A stretch of DNA of 61,413 bases from a virus (Duplodnaviria > Caudoviricetes). Position numbers and translations under genes: made by a program. The stretch spans positions 1 to 61,413 of IMG/VR virus record IMGVR_UViG_3300005764_000019, one strand, 5' to 3'. This document shows positions 35,457-43,987 of this stretch, one piece after another; the first letter of the stretch is position 1; every line of letters begins with the position of its first letter. The notes below the pieces were generated by a model. That model was not told where the DNA came from. It was given only the letters and a program-made list of their open reading frames with translations, and made no database searches.

Positions 35457-35477
35457 AGGAACGGACTAACTACTACC

Positions 35478-36035
35478 ATGCAAAGCTTTCAAGAATATCA
35501 TGCGGTGCGACAACTTGCTGATCTTTGTGAGGCCACGGGCGACAGCCCGGAAGCGATCCTCAATGAATTCATGGGATTCCTGCGCAGAATGTTCGGCGGC
35601 AGGCAGCAACAACAGCCGGAACAGATTCCGATTCCTCGACCATCAGGGTCGCTTAGGGGTGCGGATGACCGGGGGTTGGGTCTTTACCGAGGGCAGGACA
35701 TCGAGCGCTACCAGAGGGGCGAGGGACACGCCACCCAAATTTTGAAGGGCTTGCAGGATGGTTTCCAGAAGGTGGTGGCTCAGGTGGGCCAGCAATTTGG
35801 TGCCAAGGCCCAGCCGTTTTTCGCAGACCTGCAACAAACCGTGGCGAGCTTTGTCAACAAAACTTTATATGACAGAATTAAGGTCAAGTTGAAGGACGAC
35901 CAGGGCCGGGTGGGTCTAGGCGATCCGAATATGATGCGCCAGATGCACGGCGGCTACGGCCAGGCGTCGTTAAACCCGGCCCGCGCCGCACTGCCCCAAA
36001 ACGCTCCCAAGGTTAGTAGCCGTAGAGGTCGCTAA
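35478..36035 (+). CDS. hypothetical protein, putative head-internal protein
   Basis: MQSFQEY N-terminus; ILNEFMGFL. Confidence 0.7.
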   Translation: MQSFQEYHAVRQLADLCEATGDSPEAILNEFMGFLRRMFGGRQQQQPEQIPIPRPSGSLRGADDRGLGLYRGQDIERYQRGEGHATQILKGLQDGFQKVVAQVGQQFGAKAQPFFADLQQTVASFVNKTLYDRIKVKLKDDQGRVGLGDPNMMRQMHGGYGQASLNPARAALPQNAPKVSSRRGR

Positions 36036-37704
36036 CCGCCACCCATTCTTCCTTCTTTTCTTCCTCCGGCTTGTCGCCGCCGAAGGACTTCTCGTCGTCG
36101 CCGCCGCCCTTCTTGTGGTGTTTTAGTTTATTCAACATATCCACGAAGCGGTTCTTGGACAGGTCTTTGCGGACCCCTTCCAGTTCATGGGCCTTTGGCG
36201 TGCGGCCAAGGTGCTGACTGAACTTCGGGTTGATCTGCTTTTTGCCGTCCGGGCCATCGACCATTTTGTTTAGGTCTTTATCGTCGTGCATCAGGAAGGC
36301 GTCGGCGTGATCGCCTTGTTTGCCGACCATCTGCATCCACTCACGAATCTTATTCTTCGTCAGACCGTGGTGGGCACTTTTCAGGTCGTACATTTTGTCG
36401 GCGTCAAAACCTTTGTCGGCCCAACCGTGTAGCTTCACCAGGAAGGCAATGTCGTTGGCTTCCTGCTTGGACCAGCCGCCCCCTGTGAGCATTTGTTGTA
36501 CCTGCTGGGGGTCGTTATTGCGCAGAATCCATGCCGGGGCCAGCCATCGGTCGCCCTTGAAGTCCGGCGGCATTTCTTCGGGGTTGAACTCGACGCCGGG
36601 GAAAACGGCACCGAGCAGGCCGAGCTTGCTGTAGGCACCCAGGAACTTACGCGGATCGGAGTCGGGATGTTCCAGGCCGCTCAGGAATTCCTTGCGGACA
36701 TGGCCCTTGTCCACGTCCTGCATGTCCTTGTAGCGCTCAATGGTGGCCTTATATTTGTCCGGGATTTTTTCCGGGTTGCCGAACCGCGAGAGCATCTTGA
36801 CGTAGCGCTGGGAGGTCGAAGGGTCGGCCCGCAGCTTGTCTATTAAGCTCCCGATGGCAACTACCTCACCATTTTTCAGGTGGTGGGCACCGCCGTGTGG
36901 GTCCACCAACTCGGAGTTCTCTCCATCGCTTTGGTTGAGCGGGATGTACATTCCATTGATCGTAAAGTCCCTGTTAAGGGAATCTTCTTCCACTGAACCC
37001 GCCGCCTCGCCTTTCTCCGGCTTGACCCGCCGGCTTTTGGAGTGCTTGGACAGGGTGGCAAGGTCGAACTTCTCGCCGTTGATTTCCACGGTGAATTCAA
37101 GTTCCTTGCCCTGCATGTCCCACCGGCTGGGGTAGAAAACTTTATTCTTGCTGCCCGCCGCCGGCAGGTCATGGTAACGTTCGTCCTGGGCCATCTCCGG
37201 GTCGCGCGGCCTCACTTCTGTGAAACCATGCTCCGGGTTGGCCAGGATCATACGCATTTCGCTGGGGGTGGCATCCGTCACCAAGTCGTAATTTCGGGGC
37301 GTCTTGCCCTTCAGATGGTCGCGGACGGCACCGCCGGTTAAATGCAGCGTCTTCTTCTTGAGCATCGGCTCCATTTCACCCTTGGTTTTGTCAATGGTGG
37401 TATAGCCCAGGCCGACCTTATCGGAGTCGGCAAATGCTTTGATAAGATAACGCAGGTTCGGGTGGCTGGAACGGTCCACGCTGAAGGGGGCGAACTCATT
37501 GCTGCCTTCCTTCTTTTGCAACTTGATCTTGGACGTGATGAGTTCCTTGGCCTTTTTGCTGACCTCATCGCCGGGGCCGGTGTAGGAGCCACCGCCGCCA
37601 CCGCCCTTCTTGTCGGAATCGCCGTTGTCAGCCTTCTTGTCGGAATCGCCGTTGTCCTCTTCGGCTTCCTTGTACAATAGATATTCTTCAAATTTGGTTC
37701 TCAT
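36013..37704 (-). CDS. class II nucleotidyltransferase (CCA-adding/poly(A) polymerase-like) with degenerate motifs
   Basis: GGAVRDHL, NYDLVT, EEDSLNRDFTING, DPHGG. Confidence 0.85.
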   Translation of the reverse strand: MRTKFEEYLLYKEAEEDNGDSDKKADNGDSDKKGGGGGGSYTGPGDEVSKKAKELITSKIKLQKKEGSNEFAPFSVDRSSHPNLRYLIKAFADSDKVGLGYTTIDKTKGEMEPMLKKKTLHLTGGAVRDHLKGKTPRNYDLVTDATPSEMRMILANPEHGFTEVRPRDPEMAQDERYHDLPAAGSKNKVFYPSRWDMQGKELEFTVEINGEKFDLATLSKHSKSRRVKPEKGEAAGSVEEDSLNRDFTINGMYIPLNQSDGENSELVDPHGGAHHLKNGEVVAIGSLIDKLRADPSTSQRYVKMLSRFGNPEKIPDKYKATIERYKDMQDVDKGHVRKEFLSGLEHPDSDPRKFLGAYSKLGLLGAVFPGVEFNPEEMPPDFKGDRWLAPAWILRNNDPQQVQQMLTGGGWSKQEANDIAFLVKLHGWADKGFDADKMYDLKSAHHGLTKNKIREWMQMVGKQGDHADAFLMHDDKDLNKMVDGPDGKKQINPKFSQHLGRTPKAHELEGVRKDLSKNRFVDMLNKLKHHKKGGGDDEKSFGGDKPEEEKKEEWVAVSDLYGY

Positions 37705-37737
37705 TCTACCCTTCCAGCAAAGAATAGCCTACACCCC

Positions 37738-38340
37738 TTATTTATCCACCGGCCAAGTTTTCTTCCACAAAGTATCGGCCCCCTGGCGTTTTATTTCCTC
37801 ATAACCCTCCCTCGCCATCCACTGATGAATTTCCTTGAGGTAGGGGTGCGGGTAGTCCGTCTCCAGCCGAATGTAACAAGGTCGGCTGCGCATGTCCTTG
37901 AGGATAAACCATTCAGAGCCTTCGCAGTCAGCAGCCAACACATCAATCTCGCCGTCGTCCAATCTGGAGAACGGCACTCCTTCCGCCATGTAGTTGGGAT
38001 AATCCGCCGGGTTCAGGTTTACCATCCGAAAATAATCGTCCTTGTTCGTATGATCGTAGCCGGCCTCCATCGCCGGGCAGTGGGGGATGCCCTTGACGTA
38101 GGACGTTGCCGAACAGTTGACCATCTCTACCAGGCGCGTCCCGCCGTCTACCACCGCCCTCTGATGGACCACCACTCGCGGGTCGGGCCAGCGTTCCCGT
38201 AACACCTGGCAGAAGGTGGGACTAGGCTCCACGAGGATCGCCTTGCCATAACAAGGGAGGTCAAGGATGTCGGCAAATTGGGAGTCTTCTGGCAGGCAGA
38301 CCCCGACCTCACAGATGGTGCGAAAATAGAGACACTTCAT
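37738..38340 (-). CDS. FkbM-like methyltransferase
   Basis: EVG, LVEP, IDVLAADCEGSEW.IL. Confidence 0.7.
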   Translation of the reverse strand: MKCLYFRTICEVGVCLPEDSQFADILDLPCYGKAILVEPSPTFCQVLRERWPDPRVVVHQRAVVDGGTRLVEMVNCSATSYVKGIPHCPAMEAGYDHTNKDDYFRMVNLNPADYPNYMAEGVPFSRLDDGEIDVLAADCEGSEWFILKDMRSRPCYIRLETDYPHPYLKEIHQWMAREGYEEIKRQGADTLWKKTWPVDK

Positions 38341-39197
38341 GATCTATTAGAGTGCCAAAGTTCACGACACGTCTGGGCGATGCGGTTGGGCAGCCAGGGC
38401 CTCCGCAGGAAGACGGTGCCGAAGGTCCACGCCTCGGCCCCCATGCACCGCCGCGTCACAACTTCTTGCACACTATCAATACCCCCGCCGGAAATGATGG
38501 GGGTCTTTGTCGTAACGGTTTTTATTTTCCAGAGGGCGTCCTTGGCCTGGTGGGCGATGAGCGGTCCTGAAACCCCGCCCGGCGGCTCCAGGGGTGATTT
38601 CTCCTTCGGGAAGACCGAGGCCCAGGGCACACTGTTTATCAGGTCGAACGCTGCCACCGAACCGTCCAACTGCTCGCATATCTGGATGAAATTCTGGGTG
38701 TAGCCAAGTTTTACGAAAACCGGGTGTTTGGAACCGATGGCGACGGCCAGGCTGATCGCACAGACCCTATCGGCGGACCAGTCCTCGGTGTTAGGACAGG
38801 AGGCGTTGAACTCCACGCCAACCAGGGGCAGGCGGTTAAGGTCGGCGGTCATGAATAGCGCTTCTCGGACGCTGGTGGGGGCGATGGAGACAACGAATTT
38901 GTATTTGGGGAAGGTGCGGAATCTTTTAACCCACCACGCCAGGCCGGGGTTGGAGAGGCCGACGCAGTTGACTGTCCCCTTGGGAATAAAGCGAAAGCAC
39001 TTCCAGGGGCACCACCACCGTAGGTTGCCTGGGCGGGGTTCAAAGGTGAGGGTCTTGGTGATTATCGTGAGTTCGTGGGGGCGGATGATATTGGCAAAAA
39101 CGAGGGGTTTTTCCCACAGGTAACCCCTGCCGTCGAAACCCAAAGCTCCACTGGCACACAGGAAGTCGATTTGGTGGCCGTTGTGGAGATGGATCAT
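38337..39197 (-). CDS. pyrD: dihydroorotate dehydrogenase (class 1-like)
   Basis: ASG, TKT, NCVGLSNPG, NASCPN, VKL, GGVSG, IISGGGI. Confidence 0.85.
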   Translation of the reverse strand: MIHLHNGHQIDFLCASGALGFDGRGYLWEKPLVFANIIRPHELTIITKTLTFEPRPGNLRWWCPWKCFRFIPKGTVNCVGLSNPGLAWWVKRFRTFPKYKFVVSIAPTSVREALFMTADLNRLPLVGVEFNASCPNTEDWSADRVCAISLAVAIGSKHPVFVKLGYTQNFIQICEQLDGSVAAFDLINSVPWASVFPKEKSPLEPPGGVSGPLIAHQAKDALWKIKTVTTKTPIISGGGIDSVQEVVTRRCMGAEAWTFGTVFLRRPWLPNRIAQTCRELWHSNRS

Positions 39198-39251
39198 CGC
39201 GCCTCCTTGCTAAATGTCGTTGTTTTGCCCTGTCATGCCCTATATAGTTTT

Positions 39252-39782
39252 ATGGAAATCGAAAAAGAGCCGGTGACCATCACCGAAATCGAAGACGACC
39301 TGCTGAACGGCAAGCAGATGGAGCTTATGCCCGCCCGCCCGGCCCCGCCTCCTTCTATCATTGAAGACGAAGTGCTGCTGGACGTGTATCAAGAAATCCT
39401 CCAAATGTGCCGGGACGACCGCCGCGAGTGTGACCAGTACATAACCAACTTTGCCGAACTTGTCATCAACGAGGGCGATTCAACCACGGCCTCGAAGGAA
39501 GCGTTGGTGAATCTCATGAAGGTCAAGAGCGACATCCCCGACAAGATGTCGAAGATCGCCTCCGAAATGACCCGGCTCAAGCTGAAAGAAACGGTGCCTG
39601 TAAAGGTAAATACAGCGAAACAGGAGAACGTGACGGTCAACATTGGCGACACCACCGGCAGCAAACGTGCCCTCATTGAACTCATCGAAAACATGACCAA
39701 GAAGCACGAGGAAGAGGTCAAGCCAAAGGTCGCCGCCAGTGCGGAAAGCAAGGAGAAGAAGAAAAAGGAAGACAACCGATGA
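39252..39782 (+). CDS. hypothetical late protein (weak resemblance to T4-like small terminase)
   Basis: Late-type box 5 nt upstream; helical core plus NVTVNIG. Confidence 0.6.
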   Translation: MEIEKEPVTITEIEDDLLNGKQMELMPARPAPPPSIIEDEVLLDVYQEILQMCRDDRRECDQYITNFAELVINEGDSTTASKEALVNLMKVKSDIPDKMSKIASEMTRLKLKETVPVKVNTAKQENVTVNIGDTTGSKRALIELIENMTKKHEEEVKPKVAASAESKEKKKKEDNR

Positions 39783-41116
39783 CCCACATTATCATTGAAG
39801 ACTGGATGATTACCGAACAGTCTCCGGGCGCGGGCTGGGGGCCTGATCCCCAAGCCGGACAGCCTGGCGGCACTGCCGGGCCTCCGGGGATGCCTGGCGC
39901 GGGTGCCCCTGGTCCGCCTCCCGGCGACACCAGCGTGGCCAACCCGCCGCCCAACCAGATGGGCACGCCGCCCAAGGACCAGGCCGGTTCGCAGCCGGGC
40001 CAGACGCCCGACATCACCGCCGACCCGCAGACGCCCGACATGAGTGGGGACCAAGGGGAGTCGCCGGATTTCGAGCAATGGAAGAACCTTTACTTCAAGG
40101 AGTCCATCAAGGGTGACACGCAGAAACTCATCGACATGATCCACCAGATTCGGGACTTGGACCTGGACACCTACCCCCGCAAATTCGTGGAGGACAATCT
40201 ACAGATACAGTTTTTGCGCCAGAACGCCAACATCGAACAGGCTTCCAAGGAAATTCGCAAACTGCTCCGGGAGGAACTGGACCAGAACAACCCGTCCGTG
40301 TCCGTTGTCAACCACATCTGGAATACTCTCCAGGCCCACCCGGAATTGAATAACATCTTTATCAAGCTGAATGGCTGCCTGGGCATGAAGGGCGACCTGC
40401 ACCGCAAGTTCATCGCGGCCTTAATCGGCGGCGTCCAGGTCGGGGCCGGCGGCAACGCCGAGGACGTGATTTATAACGAGAAGGAATTCTCCATCCGCCT
40501 GTCCACGCGGTTTAATGCCCGCTTTGGGATGGTGGACATTGGCAAGTGGAGCTTGCGCGAAGACGACCCTGAACGCTACCTCTCGGAGCCGGAACTGAAA
40601 AGGCTGGACGAGGGCAGCCCGGAGGAGAAGGACGTGCTTCGCCGTCGCGTTGTCATGGAAAGCATTGCCGAAACTTTCAAAACCAGGGCCTTCGTCGCCA
40701 ACGTGGTCGGTACGGACGGCACCGTTTATACTCTGGGTTGGGACTTGACCAACTCGCTGCGGGCCGCGTACACCGAAGGCAAGTTGACGGTGAAGACCAG
40801 CATGGGGGAGGAATCGGAGGCCATGATTGACGATAACGGGGCCATTGTCCCGTTCATGGATTTGCGCATCCTTTATCAGAAAGAAACCGGCAACACGGAC
40901 GAAGACGGCAAACCGGAGATGGAGGACCACGAGTTCATGGTGCGGCGGGAGGGGACATTGTTCCTGGTCGCCCAACTAAATATCATCCGCGATGCGGCAT
41001 CCGCTTTTCAGGGGATCGTCTTCAAGGAACTGCCCTACCAGGGCAACCCTTCGGACCTGCGGGTATTGCAGCGTTGTGTGCCTTCCGCTCCAGAAATATT
41101 ACTGAGGAACTGCTAA
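39779..41116 (+). CDS. hypothetical virion-associated protein with Pro/Gly-rich N-terminus
   Basis: 445-aa ORF; ATGA overlap. Confidence 0.8.
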   Translation: MTHIIIEDWMITEQSPGAGWGPDPQAGQPGGTAGPPGMPGAGAPGPPPGDTSVANPPPNQMGTPPKDQAGSQPGQTPDITADPQTPDMSGDQGESPDFEQWKNLYFKESIKGDTQKLIDMIHQIRDLDLDTYPRKFVEDNLQIQFLRQNANIEQASKEIRKLLREELDQNNPSVSVVNHIWNTLQAHPELNNIFIKLNGCLGMKGDLHRKFIAALIGGVQVGAGGNAEDVIYNEKEFSIRLSTRFNARFGMVDIGKWSLREDDPERYLSEPELKRLDEGSPEEKDVLRRRVVMESIAETFKTRAFVANVVGTDGTVYTLGWDLTNSLRAAYTEGKLTVKTSMGEESEAMIDDNGAIVPFMDLRILYQKETGNTDEDGKPEMEDHEFMVRREGTLFLVAQLNIIRDAASAFQGIVFKELPYQGNPSDLRVLQRCVPSAPEILLRNC

Positions 41117-41610
41117 TGCCACAGGGATTTGTCGAGTTTGTCAACAAGAAGATGCGGGAGAGTCGCCGCCACTTGGGCCTGGTGAAGAAGATACTGGAGC
41201 GCCAGGGCATGGGGGTCACCGACCACCTTACGGACGACGACCCTTACATCTTCGTCAAGAGTCCCACGAAAAGCCTGTCATTCGACGGCATTCGTATCTA
41301 CAAGGTGGGCGACGTGATGGCCTACCGCGTCCAGAAGCAGGAGCAGACGCACCCCTACGGCAAGGCGTACCTGCTCGACCTAGAAGAAATGTATGAAGAT
41401 TACATGGGAGACGACTACGAGGCCGAGGAAGCAGCAAAGCAGATTATCCAAGCGGTAACGGAAGAAATCAAGAAGTTTTTCACCAAAAGCGCAGACGCGG
41501 AGAATGACATCCGCAACGCCGAGTTGGATCAGAACGCGGACGGCCTGGGCCGGATCATCGTGCGTACCTCCGGCACCGACTACAGCAACATGGTTCACTC
41601 TAAGACGTAA
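41116..41610 (+). CDS. hypothetical protein
   Basis: TAATG overlap; starts MPQGFVEF. Confidence 0.75.
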   Translation: MPQGFVEFVNKKMRESRRHLGLVKKILERQGMGVTDHLTDDDPYIFVKSPTKSLSFDGIRIYKVGDVMAYRVQKQEQTHPYGKAYLLDLEEMYEDYMGDDYEAEEAAKQIIQAVTEEIKKFFTKSADAENDIRNAELDQNADGLGRIIVRTSGTDYSNMVHSKT

Positions 41611-41618
41611 GGAGCGTT

Positions 41619-41837
41619 ATGAAGATCAAGACTTTCCGCGAATGGGCGGAAAACATGGACCTGCCCGGTTACGACGCCTGGAAGCTCCAGTCGCCCCACG
41701 GCGGGAGCGAGACTTGCCCCGCCTGCGAGGGCGAAGGCCAACTCGACGGCGAGGAGTGTCCGGTGTGCAAGGGCGCACGGGAAGTAGACCCCGCCACCCT
41801 CCAGCAATATTACCAGGACATGCGAGATGCCGACTGA
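41619..41837 (+). CDS. small DnaJ-type zinc-finger protein
   Basis: CPACEGEG...CPVCKG; AAGGAG SD. Confidence 0.75.
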   Translation: MKIKTFREWAENMDLPGYDAWKLQSPHGGSETCPACEGEGQLDGEECPVCKGAREVDPATLQQYYQDMRDAD

Positions 41838-41851
41838 TGGCTATATAAGGC

Positions 41852-42667
41852 ATGTTCAAACAATGGCTTCTGAATGAGGAGGTACAGCAGGACGAGCAGG
41901 CGGAAGAGGACATCGCCGCCTTCCTGTTCTACTACGTCCAAGAGGCCGTCAAACTTTATTTCCAAGATAACCGTCAGCGTACCCTCCCCGAATACCTGCA
42001 AACGATCTGGCCTGGTGCGGTCGGGCAAGTGCAGGCGGGCGACGGGCAGTTCCACCTGCCGCCCCAGATCGGGCGCAAGCCCCTCCCGCCCCACTTCGTC
42101 AGCCAAAACCTCTCGCTGCATCTTTCGCCAACGCAGCAAGGCAGTTATGCGACCTTTGGCGATGGCGTGATGACCGTCAATTACGACCCAGACAGACTGT
42201 CGCGGGCCGACGATTACCGGGACATGCAGAATATTCTCCAGCAGATTCAGTACCAACTATATCACGAGGCCACGCACATTGCCACCGGCAAGCCTGGGGA
42301 GGACGTGAAAGTGAAGGACGCCCCGTGGTGGGAGAAACACCAGAAAGGAACGCGCGAATATACGCAGGCGCAACTTCATTACTATACGGACCCTGGTGAG
42401 GTCAAGGCCCACGCCCGCCAGTATGCAATCATGTACATGAACAAGTACCCCGGCGAGGGTTATGACCCGCAGAAGTTGCTGCAAATGGCCCAGGAATTAA
42501 AGGACTACAAGATGATGCGGTATGCGTCGGTGCTTGGCGACCCGCACCAGCAAGGGCAGTTCCCGGAGTTGGCAGGACGGATGCAGGAGGGGGCGAAGGC
42601 GTTTAACGACTACCTCAGCCGGTTTATTCAGCCGGGAGGTTACCGACAATACCGCCCAAACTACTAA
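41852..42667 (+). CDS. zincin-like metallopeptidase
   Basis: LYHEATH...YYTDPGEVKAHARQ. Confidence 0.7.
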   Translation: MFKQWLLNEEVQQDEQAEEDIAAFLFYYVQEAVKLYFQDNRQRTLPEYLQTIWPGAVGQVQAGDGQFHLPPQIGRKPLPPHFVSQNLSLHLSPTQQGSYATFGDGVMTVNYDPDRLSRADDYRDMQNILQQIQYQLYHEATHIATGKPGEDVKVKDAPWWEKHQKGTREYTQAQLHYYTDPGEVKAHARQYAIMYMNKYPGEGYDPQKLLQMAQELKDYKMMRYASVLGDPHQQGQFPELAGRMQEGAKAFNDYLSRFIQPGGYRQYRPNY

Positions 42668-42675
42668 ATATCGAC

Positions 42676-43002
42676 ATGGCATTCTTTGACTGGCTGACGG
42701 AGAAAGACAAAAACTTCGCCGGTTCGAGGCCGGAAGACCCGGCCTTCAAACTGGTGCGGGAGGCTTACGCCCGTTTTGGGGACTGGAAGCAGGTGGAGAA
42801 AGCGGCAGGGTGGCCGGAAGGGGTGACCGTCGCGGAGTTCCTAAAGACCATCCGCGAGCGTGTTGAGAAGCACGGCCACCTACCGCAACAGGAGTGGCAT
42901 CTGAAGAAACTTTACGCCAAGGTCAAGGACGTGATGCCCGAACACGGGCGGTTGCAGGAAATTCGTCGTCTGGAGAAACGCCTGGACGGTCTGTCCAGGT
43001 GA
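42676..43002 (+). CDS. hypothetical protein
   Basis: TAAATA box; starts MAFFDWLTE. Confidence 0.7.
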   Translation: MAFFDWLTEKDKNFAGSRPEDPAFKLVREAYARFGDWKQVEKAAGWPEGVTVAEFLKTIRERVEKHGHLPQQEWHLKKLYAKVKDVMPEHGRLQEIRRLEKRLDGLSR

Positions 43003-43003
43003 A

Positions 43004-43324
43004 TCACCAGAACATGCGGAGGAATTTGCTGACGAGTCCCCGTTCCGCCGCCACCGTCACCCGCGTGATCGGGGGGTGTGCGGGGCACTCGTAGACGTGG
43101 CCGCACTCACAAACCACCCGGCAATCTGCGCCCTGGGCGTTGTAGGGGAATTCGTAGACGCCGTTGCATCCCTCGCACCACACGATCCACCAGGCGGACT
43201 CGCAAATGCGGCAGTGTGCGCAGTAATGCTCATCCGGGACGCTGTAGAGAAGCGGTGCCTTGATAGGCGCGGTGCAGCAGGGACAGTAGGTGGGGTAGGA
43301 ATACATGGTTCTGGCGGCGGTCAT
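43004..43324 (-). CDS. multi-CxxC zinc-ribbon protein
   Basis: GAGGAG SD; several CxxC. Confidence 0.65.
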   Translation of the reverse strand: MTAARTMYSYPTYCPCCTAPIKAPLLYSVPDEHYCAHCRICESAWWIVWCEGCNGVYEFPYNAQGADCRVVCECGHVYECPAHPPITRVTVAAERGLVSKFLRMFW

Positions 43325-43400
43325 GTTGTTCTCCTCACCCGCATTCTACGTCCCGCCTTTTTGGTTGTAAAGTAAGAATTGCCCTTCCCTATATATTTCC

Positions 43401-43979
43401 GTGCCACCACCGCTCCCCTCCAACCAGCTTGCTGGAAATCTGTTCACTGCTGTACAGTCGGTCGGCCAGACCGGACAGATGCCCGCGTTCGCCCGCCTCC
43501 CGGCCAACCAATTCGGGCCGAGCTTCCAGACCATCAACAAGGGCAGCCTGGTGACGTTCAGCTACCTCTACCACAAACCCGGCCACGACCCCACGCCACT
43601 GGTGATTATAACCGACATCTGGCGGGATTATATTCGCGGCGTGAACCTGCATTATCTGACGTTTCCATACATCATGCGGGTCTTGCAGCCGAACTGTGAT
43701 AATCGGACGTTTTCCTATTATAACATCAAGGGAGACGGATATATAGTTGGAGCATTCCGACAGTACAAGCGTCTGGGTATTCGGCAGATAAAGAAGTTGG
43801 ATTGTGCATTTCTCCTCAAGGTGCTGCAAACAGTACGCACCATCGACCCCTATCAAGTAGATGCAATACGTCGGGCGGTTCGGGACCAGATTAACCGCAT
43901 GGTGAACCCACCGGCGCAGCCAACTGAGGAGCAACCGACCGCCACGCCCGGCACAACTGCCACGCCTGGTACTACATAA
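43401..43979 (+). CDS. T4 gp2-like DNA end protector
   Basis: F.Y...HDPTPLV...GVNLHYL...FRQYK. Confidence 0.65.
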   Translation: MPPPLPSNQLAGNLFTAVQSVGQTGQMPAFARLPANQFGPSFQTINKGSLVTFSYLYHKPGHDPTPLVIITDIWRDYIRGVNLHYLTFPYIMRVLQPNCDNRTFSYYNIKGDGYIVGAFRQYKRLGIRQIKKLDCAFLLKVLQTVRTIDPYQVDAIRRAVRDQINRMVNPPAQPTEEQPTATPGTTATPGTT

Positions 43980-43987
43980 AGGATATA

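Noticed and set aside
37606-37657. 27-bp duplication (DNGDSDKK x2)
   Set aside because: A simple slippage repeat in a low-complexity linker.
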